A stretch of 64,000 bases of DNA from Octopus bimaculoides (Eukaryota): NCBI RefSeq assembly GCF_001194135.2, contig NC_068989.1:69896250-69960249 (forward strand). Reading direction: 5' to 3'. Below are positions 50,577 through 63,970 of this stretch, piece by piece. Position 1 is the stretch's first letter; every line of letters begins with the position of its first letter. The notes beneath the pieces were generated by a model that did no database searches, was not told where the DNA came from, and saw nothing but the letters and a program-made list of their open reading frames with translations. The position numbers and the translations under genes were made by a program.

Positions 50577-52384
50577 AAGATCATTTTAGTACTTGCATTC
50601 AAAGTATTCAAATAAAGTGAATAAAATGAGGTTGATTGATGTAATAGATAAACTAATTGTTATACCATAGAAATATTACTTTAATCTGTATGTAGTCTGT
50701 TATAAGAAAAACTTAATACATAATAGCATTTGGTATTTTTATGTGTGATATTTGAGGATATACTCAATTTGATTTTCTTTGAAGAAATATTAAGACTTTA
50801 CTTGTATGTAATTGAAATAGTATTAATGGTTCTTTCTTACCCATAGAATTAATACTGGCTTTGCCATTCTTTACAACTCTTATACTGTGTCCAAATTGCT
50901 GGTATGCTACTGCTGTCTTTCTTAACACAACTTTGTAAACTGCTGTATTGAGAATTGAAATGAAAAGCTACACTCAAATACTTCAATCTCTTTAACCTTT
51001 TGATTATGACAAAATTTTTATGCAGGTTGCTTAATGCCTGAAAGTGTTAAGATTTGAAACCATTTCCTCTATTAAATTTCTCGATTCAATGTAATAATTT
51101 TAGCATGCTGATTATATGCCATTCTTAAAAGAAGACCAATTTGAAGAATTTTGTTTCCTTGGCTTGGCTTTGATTGGCATATTTCTACTTAGTTGAATAT
51201 TCTGTTGAAGAATCTGAATTAAACTTATTTTATTAACAAAATTTTGGAACATACGAATGTTGCATTTCATCATTTTTATCTATTAGCAATTTATATATAT
51301 ATATATATTTTTTTCCTCTCTAATTTTGTATATTTTCCTGTGGAATAATAGTATTCAGCTGAGTTACATATGTAACCATTTGATTGCTGATTCTTCATTG
51401 TTAATTCAAAAAGACAAAAAGAATATTTTGGGAATGTTTGGTACATGCATATCTGTGTGTGTATATGAATGTGCATGCATGTGCTTACATGCTGGTTATC
51501 TTCATATCTTTTACTCTCAATATTTTCTTTCTGCAAATCCAGCTTATTTCTTTGTAACATTGGGAGATTTGAATTTTAATGAAACATTTTTCACTATCAA
51601 CCCTTTTATTATTAACAAAATGCTGTTGCAATATATAGTCTTTGTTTCAATTAATTGTGGAAATTATAAAAAGTGTAGTGAAATAACTTTGCCACTTTTA
51701 AGCTGGTGTATGGAATATAAATTAGCATGAAATTTTGGTGGAAGGCTTTAGATTAGTTTAAAATGAAAGTATGTATTGTAGAATTATGGGCAGCTTCAGG
51801 TGCATTGGTGTCAAAATGTTAAAGAAACTATTTTATTATACATACATAAAGTCAATATTTAATCATACATGTCTTCACACTTATAAATTCTCAGCCACTT
51901 TCAGATATACCATTATTCTTAATCTGTCTTATAAATAGGCTTTTAATTTCCAATCCCTATTAAAATTGAATTTCTGGATGACTGCATCAAAAGTTACTTT
52001 TCCTGACTCATAGAAATAATTATTTATTGAAAAAGTTGGATTGCCTTCAAGCATAAAGTCCTAAGGGCTGGAGAGGAAATAGGTGGGTTTTGTGTGTTTG
52101 TGTGTATGTAACTGTTGACATTTGTTTTGGATATAATTAGAGTAGATTTTGAAATCAGTATTAGATTCTAACTCAGCTTGGAATTTAATTAGGAATTTGA
52201 TTTTAGAATCCATGTGGGAAATTCACATAACCGTATTGAAACTTTAATTGGAATGGTACTTTTACTTTCAAACTGCTTTACCATAATAATTAAATGAGTT
52301 TGTCAATAATTTTATGATTCTCAAAGATACAGGTATATAAAACACACACATATTTATTGTGCAACATATATATATATATATATA

Positions 52385-52985
52385 CGAGGTCTGATCAGTA
52401 AGTATCTGGACTTTTGCCATAGTAACGAAGCTAAAGCACACAGTGAAGCCACTTGGTACAGATTGACCTTGGACTCTGTTGTGCATGCGCAGTAAGTTTT
52501 AACATTCTAGCTCATTTCTGCTGTTTACAGCAGTGCTTGGAAGGAAGTGTAGTATGTGATCGTTGCATTGACCATGACAGAGAAAGTTGTCATGGCGATA
52601 CCTACTCAGAGGCCTGCACAAAGTTGCAGAAAGTGTACGGAGAGGAGTGTATGAGCCGCACGCAAGTGTACAAGTGATTCAGACATTTCCAAGATGGCGA
52701 AAAAATATTGATACTGACAAACGTTCTGGGAGACCTGCAACCAGCAGAACTGAGAAAAACATTGCAGATATGCATGCAGCTGTGAGGGAAATCATCAAAT
52801 CACCATCTGTGAGTTATCAGAGGAAGTGCAGATTAGTTACGGTTCAGTTCAGTCCATTATCACTGAAGATTTGGGTGTGAGACATGTGTTTGCCAAGTTC
52901 GTGCCAAAACTGCTTTCAGCTGACCAAAAAGACACTCGGGTTTCAGTTGCACAAGATCTCCTTGGTTGTGTTGAGAACAATGCCA
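52385..52985 (+). mobile_element. Mariner 5' half (irritans-like), frameshifted
   Basis: Starts TA|CGAGGTCTGATCAGTAAGTATC. Pieces read KLQKVYGEECMSRTQVYK*FRHF, DKRSGRP and VQISYGSVQSIITEDLGVRHVFAKFVPKLLSADQK. Confidence 0.85.
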
Positions 52986-55900
52986 GAACAGACTGGGAAC
53001 CTGAAAAGTGCTTCAGCTGGTCAGCGCCTGTCAAACCATCCAACCCATGCCAGCATGGAAAATGGACTTTAAATGATGATGATGTAGAAAAAAACTTTTG
53101 AAATATCTTCATACTTCTTTTCTTAGATTCTTTGTAGATATTTTACACACCATAATTCTAAATTAGATACACTATCAGGCATTTATTTCTATGATACCAA
53201 AAAACAGTTATTTTATTTAATGAATTTGCTATACGTCTTCAGATTTCCTCTATTATCGAAAACATTAATTCAGCTTCAAACCCATTTTTATTGGATATTC
53301 TACCTGTCCAAGTTATCATAATATTTTATATTAAGTTGTATTTCATTAAAGCAAAAAAAAAAAAAAAGAATGAATAAACAAAATAAATAATTTAGTTTTC
53401 AATTACAAATTAAATTTTGCTGTTCGGAAGTACAGTATCTGAGTATATGGAAAGTTAACTGTTATGCAGTGTTTAGCTATAAAATGTAATAGAAGAATTT
53501 TGGAAGTTATTTTGAACTTTTCTAATAATAGCTAAAAGCTTTGTACTTCTAGTTACAGTATATTCAGCTACACCTTTCCTATCTTGATCTTAGATTTAAC
53601 ATGCAACTGAAGAAACTTTCTATCTATTTTGGCATATTACAAATTCTTTTAGAAAGCATCTTATTGTAAGATGTAATTATAATAAATATGGTGTTAATTA
53701 CATGACTGCAGTCAGTGCACCAATATTCCAAGACAGATCAAACGAGGACACTGCAAAGCCTCTAATTAATGGTTGATGAGTTTACAATGAGATTGTAATA
53801 TATTCTAATTAAGACCAAGTATTATCACTTGACCATCTGTAACAACATTGTTTTCTTGAACACATTGTGGAAACAAAAGAAAAGCTACAGACCAATGAGA
53901 CGGTATTTTAAGCCATGTTTGTACATCCCCTGAGCAACACAACAGAATTATCTTCAACTTTTTGGTTTGATCTTCATACTTATTTTCATAAAAAAACTTT
54001 TCTTCTTTTCTTCTTATATTTTTTCTCGCATATATCGCATTCTCAATCTATCATTCTATCATATTTCTTTTTATTATATCCACCTTCTTTATTCTTAACT
54101 GTTCATCTTCTTTGATGCCCTATGCTCCATCATTTGTAGGTGGACTTTACAGCTCAGGTAGGAGCACATTCTCTCTTAGTTCACTTTCTTTTGGTGTCAA
54201 CTTTGCATTAGCACAGCTATTTAAATCTTTTCTTGTTTATTATTCTTAATGGCAGTTTGATTATGCATGTTTCCTTGTAGAACGAAGCATTACTCCAACA
54301 TACCTTAGACTTATAATATAACTTATGAAACATTTGTTTTTTTTTTTTTAATCAACTGTCTATTTTTCAATTAATAGAAGCTAAATATATAGTATATTTT
54401 CAAGTTTTCTTTAGCAATTCTATAAATCTATCACTCCTACATTTCAAGGTATTTTTAAAGTCAAGTGTTTGTTTATATGGCTGCACCTCATGACAACTGA
54501 TTCCAACCACTCTCACAGTCATTGTGTTGTGCCACTTCCTCAGCACAAGCACACCTTTGTTTTTGCCTGTCTCACAGTTAAAGTACTTGTTTTAGAAATA
54601 AAGGTACCTAGTTGTAAAAAACCAATGTTCAAATGTATTATATTTTCCCTATATCTACCCTATATTGTCCTATATTATGATACTAAAGTGATTAGTTTAA
54701 AATGACGAGAAAAGCTTAGGGCAAAATGTAAGTTATTTTTGAATTTACTTAGACAATTAAGCTTTCTCTTCAAGAGTTGCTTGTCAATGGATCTAACAAC
54801 TTCATTTTTGTAAAAACAGAAATTGAAGATTATTGATGGGATTTGTCTTTGAAAAAGTTCCTTTATCTTTTTTGGTGCCATATTTCTGCTAAATTAATTT
54901 TGAAAATAATGAATTTACTGAAATAACTTTGTCATTGTTAAGTTGGTGCTTGGAATGTTTATAAACAGGAAATTTTGAGGGTAAGTTTTAATTTAGATCA
55001 CTTTACAACAGGAAGTTTTGTGGAACTAGGGGGCAGTCTCAAATGAGTTGTTATCAAAAGGGTTTATGATAGTTGTTGACCATTTCCTACATATTTTGAT
55101 ACTTTCCATTCTCACTAGTCAGGCAGTGAAAGAAAAATTGGTATTTCCCAATTTTGCTTTCACTAGAAACAAAATTCACCATTTGATTAAGAATTTCCTA
55201 GTTACCTTCTCATCAAATGCTGAATTTATTGTTCCTCTTCTTCATTTTGTATTAATATCTTTGATCCTGTGTAGATTAAATATTGGTCCTTTTCAACCTT
55301 ATATACCCATGCTCTTTCTCTACCTTCATCCTATGTTGTTTGTTTCTTTTTTTTTTCTGTTTTGTTTCATTCTCTGAACAAGGAATTGTGCCCATAGGCC
55401 TCACTGGTTCTCTTATACCAGTGAGATTAATGTGGTTCCTCTTGAATGAGCACTGAGAGAAACACATTCTCAGGGCCACAAAAGGAAGAAAAAATTATCT
55501 GTGAAAGAATTGTAGAAGGATGATGTTTAAGCAGAGGAAGGACATAGGGAGGGAGAATACAATATGAGGAAGACAAGAGGAGAAAGGAATCAGTTTGGAG
55601 TGCCTGAGTAAGTGTAGCAGATGATTTGTCAGCTTGAGGAACAGCAGCCACTGTAGTAGTGGTACAAAATAAAGAGAAAAGACACAACACATCTGTGGAC
55701 CAGAGATTAGAATATATTGGTGAGCAGCTTTATCAATCAGTTAGATGGCCTCTTTTGTAAGGCCATGTCTATGTAGCAACAGGGTTGTTGTTAGACGTGG
55801 GAGCAGTATTCTATTGTGGATCTCACTCGAACTTTTTACAGGGCTAGTAGTTGTGGATGAGTGAAGTATTTATGGCTTTGAAGAGGAAAAACAAAGCAAT

Positions 55901-56054
55901 CTTTGTTATATTAAGGCTATGTGTTTGCCAGGCGAGATCCTTAATAACAGCAACACCTTGCATTTGTTGCCATTTTGAAAGGTCTAGTTTGTGATGCTCA
56001 TGATTAGGTTGGATGTGGTATTTCAAGATTGTTTTCTTAAGATATATATATATA

Positions 56055-56489
56055 CAGGTCGTCGTCAACTTATGACCACAATTGGTCAGCCTGTAGGCCT
56101 ATACATAGCTTTGTTTTATATTTTTACATTCTTAAGGAACATTCTCGGGTAAAAGTCACACACAGCATTCTATTATTATACTATTATGCTGGCATTAGTA
56201 AAAGATTTCGGAGTTTTAAGCAGTCGTCTTATAAGCAAATACGAGGTTGTCTCCATGTCTCCGTGACAGGATATTCATCCAACACTTGGGATAACCACAG
56301 TGGTGATCGATAACCAAACCTAGGGGAAGTATTTGTTAGCTGACATCATCCATAGATGGGTTAATTTCTAAGACATTAAACCCATTAGATTTCAATTGGA
56401 CTATTTATTATTGCTGCCAGGAGCTGGCATGCCAAACAGTTGTAAAGTCGATCAGCCATGAGTCGGATAGGTCATAAGTTGACATCCTG
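56055..56489. mobile_element. Tigger/pogo-like MITE
   Basis: TA|CAGG..GTCAACTTATGACC at the left, GGTCATAAGTTGAC..CCTG|TA at the right. Confidence 0.7.
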
Positions 56490-56583
56490 TATAGTGATTG
56501 TTGTTGGAGGAGCTCTGTGAGATGATGTTTGTCAAAGTCCTTATTTCTGGAATCAGCAAAGGTTTGGCATGAAGTGTCATCCA

Positions 56584-56848
56584 CTAGTCCTCAACCTTTT
56601 TTTTTTTTTCTTAGGGACCCCTTTGATTCCTGTTTTACTCTACTGGACCTCTGCAGCCATTTGATGCATATAAAAAAAATCCTACTGTATTTTTTTATAA
56701 TTAAATATCATAAGGAATTGTATAAAAAAGAAAAATTAAAATATTTTGCAAATTGTAGAAGTATAAGAAATTCTAACATAAATTCTAACAGCAAAAGAAC
56801 TTATATGAAGCCTGAAGGGTCATATGGGTCCCAGTTGAAAACCACTAG
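56584..56848. mobile_element. hAT-like MITE
   Basis: Left end tagtcctcaaccttttt..ggacccc; right end ggtcccagttgaaaaccactag (CAGTGGTTCTCAAC-type termini). No clear target-site duplication. Confidence 0.5.
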
Positions 56849-57679
56849 ACCCTGTGTTGATGATGTTGGGATGCAGAAGACCGGGGAGATTGAAGGGTGT
56901 TACATCTGAATAGGAGTGGTTGTGATGGGAAGAGTGTGGGAGACAGAACTGAACCCTGAAGCACTCCAGAATTAATTGCATGTAGGCTCCTTCAACACAA
57001 ATTGCAATGGTGCAATCTGACAATGGCATTGTTCCAGTTTCATTTTACCATTCTGCTTCTATTAGTAGATATTTTTCTGATAATTTTTAAATTTTAACTG
57101 TTAAACTAAAAATATTTCTTGCCTCTTTAAAAAGAATTCTCCACTTTATCTGTATGGATGTCTGTTCCTGTTTAAGAATTTTTGATTTGGTCTGGAGGAA
57201 GGAGTTGCACCATGGCCATTGGAGAGTACCATTGACCAATAAGATGGACATGGTTGAGGTTCTTTTTTTAATTGTTATAAGTTAACAGCCACAAAAGACA
57301 AGAGCAGTGAGGGAAGTGACATTATAGGGGAATGAAGGATTGAGCTAAAATTTATTGCTTAAAGATATTGAGACTAATTGATAGGGATTATGGTTTCTTC
57401 AATATCTCAAAATGAGCCTTCTGTATAGATATTTATCACAGAGAAGCTGCAAATTGACTAAGATGAAAACAAAAGAAAAAAAAAAAACTACCTGTTTGAT
57501 AAACATGCTGTGTTCTTCTTATTCCACACTTAAAATTTCTGAACTTGGCATTAAAATTCCTCTGAAGAAGTCTCTTTACATTCACTTTTGTTACATATCA
57601 CCATCATTCTGAGTGTGATATTTGACTCTATAGGCTTTACATGTATGCGTGTGTGTTTAAGTGTGTTTGTGTGTACATA

Positions 57680-57905
57680 TATATTTTTTCTTTTACTTGT
57701 TTCAATCATTTGACTGTGGCCATGCTGAAGCACTGCCTTTAGTCAAACAAATTGACCCCACGACTTATTCTTTGTAAGCCTAGCACTTATTCTGTCGGTC
57801 TTTTTTGCCAAGCCACTAAGTTATGAGGATGGAAACTCACCAACAACGGTTGTCAAGCAATGATGGGGGGGACAAACACAGGCACACATGCACATACACA
57901 CACAT

Positions 57906-57945
<40 letters not shown>

Positions 57946-58105
57946 CAGGCTTCTGTCAGTTTTTGTCTACCAATCTCTTCACAATGCTTTGGTCGGCCCG
58001 AGGCTATAGTAGATGACACTTGCCCAAGGTGCCATGCAGTGGGACTGAAACTGGAATCATGTGGTTGGGAAGGAAGCTTCTTACCACACAGCCACTCCTG
58101 TGCCT
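57680..58105 (-). mobile_element. SINE family B full-length copy with an internal (CA)n
   Basis: Collinear with 6575-7045. Confidence 0.85.
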
Positions 58106-58829
58106 ATGTATATATTTATATATGCATGTGTGTCTGTATATATGCATCCACACACACACACATCAATATTCACTTTTGCTCTTCAAGGTGTTTTATAAAA
58201 CAAGAATTGAAGTGTGTCTTGAATGGTTTCATTACACACATACACCTGCAAACAAACAGACAAGGAATTAAAATGCTAAGATTGTATAATTGTCAAAATA
58301 TTATCATCGGTTTTTCTTTTTCTTCCTCTTATTCTACTTTTGCAATATTTAGTAGTCTTCGTATGGAACAAATATTTTAAATATTTTTCGCTCTGCTTCA
58401 ATATAACATGACAGTTGTGTCATGATCTTATACTTGATGCATTCTTAGGTTCTTTCTGGATGTTTTATCTTCGCTGTAGCACTGCATGTTTCCAAACTTC
58501 ATTGACTTTTCCAATTTAATTTTACTTTTAAGCTGAAGAATTCTATTTTTTTATTTTTTTAAAAATGTAATTTTTCATATATTAATTTTTTTCTCATTAA
58601 AATCGTTTCTTTTTTCTTAACTCTTTGTGGAATCATTTACTAAAATAATTAATTTTTCCTGCTCTACCACCACCATCACACTCAAGCAGATTCCATTATT
58701 CATATCCATACTATGTTATTGTTTCTCTAGGGAAAACTAAATTTCTCTATAGTGTGTTACATATAGCCAAAAAGTTCACTTCCCAACCACATGTGTGGCA
58801 TCTTGAGCAAGTGTCTCCAACTATAAACC

Positions 58830-59460
58830 CATTTGCATGTTCTGAGTTCAAATTCCTTGCAACCTTTCAAAATCAATAAAATAAGCACCAGTTGAGGACT
58901 GGGGTCAATGTAATTGACTATCCCCGTCCCCTAAAATTTAAGGCTTTGTACCTATATTAGAAAGGATTATTATTATTATTATCATTATTATTAAGGTGGT
59001 GAGGTAGCAGAATCATTAGCACGCCAGGCAAAATTCTTAGAGGTATTTTGTCTGCCACTATATTCTGAGTTCAAGTTTTACTGGGGTTGACTTTGCCTTT
59101 CATCCTATCAGGGTCAATAAATTAAGTACCAGTGAAACACTGAGCTTGATATAATCAACTGTTCATCTTCCCCAAAATTTCAGGCCTTGTGCCTATACTA
59201 GAAAGAATTATGATTATTATTATTATTATTATTATTAAAGTTACACAGCTCACAATGTATGTCAAGTAATGGAACTGGCAATATTTGTTCTGACTCTTAA
59301 CATTGTGACTTCAACTCCAACTGGAGCCAACTTTGCTTGTTACCCCTTCAGATTCAGTAAAATGAAAAAAACAGTCAAATACTGGTGTCAAAGGTTTTTA
59401 AGTAAGTCTCTCCTCTCAAAACTGTTGACCTTGTGCCTAAATCAGAAACATTTGTCTTTA
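58830..59460 (+). mobile_element. Three tandem SINE family A copies joined by (ATT)n
   Basis: Same motif set as 41516-43150. Confidence 0.8.
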
Positions 59461-59659
59461 GTTACACTGAAGCTATATACACTTCATCTTGAAACTCATA
59501 GTTTTGCTTCCCCTTTTTCAAGTCTCATTTCTAGAATATATCTTAATCATTTCTAATGCCGGGACATTTCTCTAAATCCTACTCATAGAACATTCTGGCT
59601 GTGTACAGTGTCTTTTGTTTTAGATATTTTTTTGACTCAACTGATAGGCAATATTTTGG

Positions 59660-59990
59660 TACGATCTCCTTTGGTAATGTTTGTACTAGCAACTTTAATT
59701 AGTTCTGTACTATCAATTTTTATTTATAATGTACTAGCAACTTTTATTAATTCTGTACTAGCAATTAATGCTATTCTAGCAATTTCAGTTAATAATCTGC
59801 TAGCAATTTTAATTAATACCATACTATTAATTAATGCTGTACAAGCAATTTTGATAAAATGCTCTACTGGCAATTAATGCTGTACTAGCAGTTTTAATTA
59901 TTATTGTGCATGCAAATAATATTAACATACTACCAATTTACATGCTGTACTGGTAACTTTAATATTATACTAGCAATTTTATTAATGGTG
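59660..59990. repeat. Degenerate minisatellite, unit about TGTACTAGCAA(TTT)nATTAAT(GC)
   Basis: About 13-14 imperfect copies of a tactagcaa core at 17-28 bp spacing. Confidence 0.75.
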
Positions 59991-60338
59991 TAAACTATAA
60001 ACAAAACTGCAGTTATTATACAGAATCAGATCTTATCTTGTACCATTTGTTTTGATTGCTCCACCTGCACTGATTGACTACTTAAATAAGTCGTCAAACT
60101 GTTTCAGTTGCGTTTTCACTTAACACTTTACACTTCTTCAAGAATCCTCCGATGTCACCATTTTATCTTGAATTTCACTATTTCAACACACGCAACACGT
60201 TTTTAGCATATTTTCATTGAAATATAAATGTTTTGTTTCAGTTAATTTTGAATATGATAAAGGCTTTGATTAAACTGAAGTTTGGAACATAAATGAACTT
60301 AAAATTTCAATGGAAGCTTTTCATTTAGATCATTTTAA

Positions 60339-60774
60339 CCTCTTTGTTACCGTATTTCTTTTGAAAAACACTGCCTTTGTTTGAATTTATTTTGAAAATA
60401 ATGAAGAATTTAATAAAATATCTTTGTTGTTACTGAGTTAGTGTTTAGAACATAAATTAACATGATATTTTGATCAAAGGTTTTAATTTAGATCAGTTAA
60501 AAATAGTGAATTTGTACTGTAGAACTGGGGTTAGTTTTAGGCAGGTTAATATCAAATGGGTTAACCCTTTAGCATTTAAACTGGCCATAAAATTTTACCT
60601 GTTTTATGTTCAAAGTGGCCAGATCTCTCTACTCAAACCTACCTTACAAGGTCATTCAAAAACTAAACAATTAGACCATCGAAATGTCAAAACTATAAGA
60701 TAATGCATAATCAGTTCAAAACAAGGTAAATAAATAAGCATTAAATTTGACAGGGTAACCTGAATGCTAAAGGG
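60339..60774. mobile_element. Adjacent piggyBac-like MITEs: family E (60339-60560) and family D (60565-60774), sharing one TTAA
   Basis: ttaacc...atcaaatggg|TTAA|ccctttagcatt...aatgctaaaggg. Confidence 0.75.
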
Positions 60775-60851
60775 TTTTTAAAAATGTATGATTGTGAAGT
60801 ATAATGATTTTTAATATATTTTAAATATTTATCGTTTTTTTTCTTGTCTAG

Positions 60852-61022
60852 GGTGCTTCATTAGGTAATGTGGTAACATCAGTCCCGACTCTGGTAAATA
60901 CTAAATCAGTTGAAGAGTTGTTTTCCTATCCTTTTCATGATTTAATGGTTTGGGCTGTTCTGATGAAGCGACAGAAAATGGCTTTATTCATGTGGCAACA
61001 TGGTGAGGAAGCTATGGCTAAG
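60852..61022 (+). CDS. TRPM3: TRPM coding exon H (MHR4)
   Basis: [57 protein letters not shown]; the C-terminal half is nearly identical to TRPM3 '[34 protein letters not shown]'. Acceptor ttttttcttgtctag|, donor AAG|gtaagt. Confidence 0.95.
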
Positions 61023-61352
61023 GTAAGTGCTTACTGTGATCGTTATCTGCTAATTAACCACCATATTACCAATCATCTTAGTCTTGTATCAGTTAATCTG
61101 TGCCGGAGGACATTTGCCCAAGAGGAAGCATAATGGAACTAAAACTGAAATCCCTGTAGTTGCAAAGCAAATTTCTTACATGCATTTAATTCCTCCTTTG
61201 AAATAGAATAGCAGTATTTCTTGTTGCTTCTCTAGGACATAACCAATAATCAGTTATGACCAAACGTACATATTGAGACATTACATCATGGTATCCTTTA
61301 CAGCAGTCCTTTCAAATTGTAATTATTATTGAGCCATACCTTTACATAATGC

Positions 61353-61383
<31 letters not shown>

Positions 61384-61589
61384 TACATACATACTTACTT
61401 GGAAATGGATGCATGACGTTCAATCATATATAATAATGTGTTCAGCCCTGTGTGGCCAATAAAGAAAAAATATATATATACAAATATGTACATACATATA
61501 TATGTATATATATATGCATATATGGGTACAGGACATCACAAAACGTAAACTATGAAGTACGAAAACAACAAGAAATACACATATGTATA

Positions 61590-62720
61590 CTAGCTGGTGT
61601 ACCTGGTAATTCCCAGGGGTAAAGATGTTCTTTTGAAGCGCCTTATTACTTTGATATGAGAAAGCAATTTCATTATAACTGCCACAAAAGGTGTATATTC
61701 CGTCACAAAAAAGTACAAAAAACTGTCAGCTGGAGGAGGAAGAGATTGTTGGAGGTTGGCAAGAAAGATTGTCGGAGGTTGATGAGAAAGGTTGTCAGAG
61801 GTTAGCAAAGACATCTGGGAAATGTATAACTGCTGTCATTCACAGAAGAACTACTGTTTTACCATGAGAAATGCGCTGTTGAAGTATTAAGTGAAATTTG
61901 GCAATCGAATCCACACTATGCCTGCATGAAGCCACTACAAATACATTGTGGAATAAAAAATTTATCTACTCATAGAAAAAGTGTAATTGTAAAATTGCAG
62001 AATTATCGGAGTAATGGACATTCAAAAAAGTATGTATGTTTAAAAATGTATGAATGAAGTCTTTAATGTTTAAGATTCAAATTAAGGAAGTACAATAATA
62101 ATGTTTAGCAGTTCAAAACTGTGAGTAGTGAAATGCAGAATTAGGTCGGTTGGTCATGAGAATCAAATATTGATCGCTTCGCTAAAAACTGCAGGCGGTA
62201 TGGGTTATTTCTCTTGAGTTGTTTAACTAAAATATTAGTAATATGTAATAGATAGAAGGATCCATTGGAGAGGCCCTATTATCGATTTTTTTTCAATAAT
62301 CTAAGTATGTCATGAGGTTTCCAGACATTAGTTCTACTCACGTGTCAAATAATGTGATATTTATAAATATAAGTATAAAAATTAGAAATAGGACACAAAA
62401 AAATCAATATTCAAAGTAATTGAACATGAACAATGAAATGGGTTACTTCCCTTGAGTGTTTAAAAAAATATTATGCAGGTGCTATGGGCTGTTTCTCTTG
62501 GGTGCTTTAAAAAAAAATTAGTTATATGAGGTAGATATAAAGGTCCCTTCCAGGGGCCGTATTATCGATTTTTTTTCAACAATCTAAGTATTTCATGAGT
62601 TTTCCAGACATGAGTTCCATTCACATGTCAAGTTTCATCAAAATCAATAAAACGATGTAAGAGGAGTCAGCTAATAACGCCACCAACAAATACACACCGA
62701 TTTTCCACATATGTAGTAGA
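61590..62720 (-). mobile_element. Non-autonomous Helitron (about 1.13 kb)
   Basis: On the minus strand: A|TCTACTACATA start, sub-terminal CCTGGGAATTACCAGG hairpin, CTAG|T end. Internal duplication of about 62180-62340 at about 62470-62620. Confidence 0.7.
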
Positions 62721-62940
62721 TATATATACACACATACAAACATACTTTTATTAAAGCTGAAAATCTGAAGTTTCCATCACAACTGTCCACCGAATGGGAA
62801 TGTGAAACTCTGAGTAACAGTCTTGTGATAATTTTGCAGCTTTAGTAAAAGCATGTTAACTTACCTTTGGTATTCAAGTACTACTTTTTCCACCTTGTTT
62901 TGCACTTATATGCTCACTTGTGTGTATATATATCTATATA

Positions 62941-63696
62941 CAAGGTGCAATGGGTAAATTGTTGCCATTTTATATTTCTAATTTCATACATGCACATTGT
63001 TTGTTTTTGATTTTGTTGACTACACAGTATAGTAGGGTCAGTTGGGCACCATCTGTCAGAAAAACAGCACCATGACGCAATTCACTCTGCCAGAAATTTG
63101 GAAACAGCATGTTTGTGGCATTCACTCCAGAAGCTCCAATACGAACATTTCGAAGTATTTGGGTGTCAATTTGAGGACAGTGCAGAGGATTTGGAAAGAG
63201 TTGGATGAGTCTAATGGTGATTACAAAGGTATGGCATCTCAGAAAACTCACTCTGCTCATTCTGATAAGAAAAGAACTCCTGAATTTCTTGGTAAGATCC
63301 AGGCCCTGATTGACAACGATCCTTCCAAATCAATCAGGTCCATCACCAGGGACATGGGAGTGTCTGAGTTTCTTATCAGGCAGGTAGTGTATGAAGACAT
63401 TCAGGATTCCTCATACAAGATGAGAAAGGACCAATTTTTATCCCAAGCCATCAAGGACAAGAAGAAAGATCGTGCTATGAAGCTTTTGAACAAATTCAAG
63501 GATACCCTCCAACCGAAGATGCTTTGGTTTTTTCAGATGAGAAAAATTTCTGCCAGGATCAGATGGTGAACACACAGTACAACCGTTGGCTCGTTGTGTC
63601 CTCAAAAGATGTACTGAGAGTGATAAAAATCAAACATCCAATCAACATCATGGGGTTTGGAGTGATCACTAGTGATGGTAACATTATGCCTCCATA
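62941..63696 (+). mobile_element. DD37D (maT)-family copy 3 (5' part with transposase N-terminus), interrupted by a SINE
   Basis: Same 5' TIR and leader. ORF 63042-63569 gives an HTH-like 'LGVNLRTVQRIWKEL...DPSKSIRSITRDMGVSE', then frameshifts into the FSDEKNF first-aspartate motif. Confidence 0.88.
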
Positions 63697-63770
63697 AGTT
63701 ACGGGGACGTAAACACGCCAGCATCGGTTGTCAAGCAATGTTGGGAGGACAAACACAGACACACGAACAT

Positions 63771-63804
<34 letters not shown>

Positions 63805-63966
63805 ATATATACGACGGGCTTCTTTCAGTTTGCATCTACCAAATCCTCTCACAAGGCTTTGGTCAGCCCGAGACTATAGTAGAAGACACTTGCCCAAGGT
63901 GCCACACAGTGAGACTGAACCCGGAACCATGTGGTTGGTAAGCGAGCTACTTACGACACAGCCACT

Positions 63967-63970
<4 letters not shown>
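63697..63970 (-). mobile_element. SINE family B inserted into DD37D copy 3
   Basis: Abrupt switch from transposase sequence to taagttacggggacgtaaacac...; collinear with 6707-7040. Confidence 0.85.

Larger units (their letters stand above)
55370..57050 (-). mobile_element. CR1/L2-like LINE ORF2 remnant with two nested MITEs
   Basis: Minus-strand pieces INSGVLQGSVLSPTLF, VDDT, L*KVRVRSTIEYCSHV* and SLVHRCVVSFLFILYHYYSGCCSS appear in RT order. Confidence 0.75.

Noticed and set aside
53711-53771. Possible phase-1 exon SAPIFQDRSNEDTAKPLIN
   Set aside because: Weak acceptor context and a non-consensus donor (ATG|gttgat).
60959-60985. CUGAUGA followed by GAAA within exon H
   Set aside because: Explained by the codons for LMKRQKM; no stems.
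1146-63970. tRNA-like A/B boxes in many repeats; regularly recurring repeats suggestive of an array such as CRISPR
   Set aside because: These are dispersed, diverged SINE heads without complete cloverleafs. There are no identical repeats with unique spacers, and the DNA is eukaryotic.
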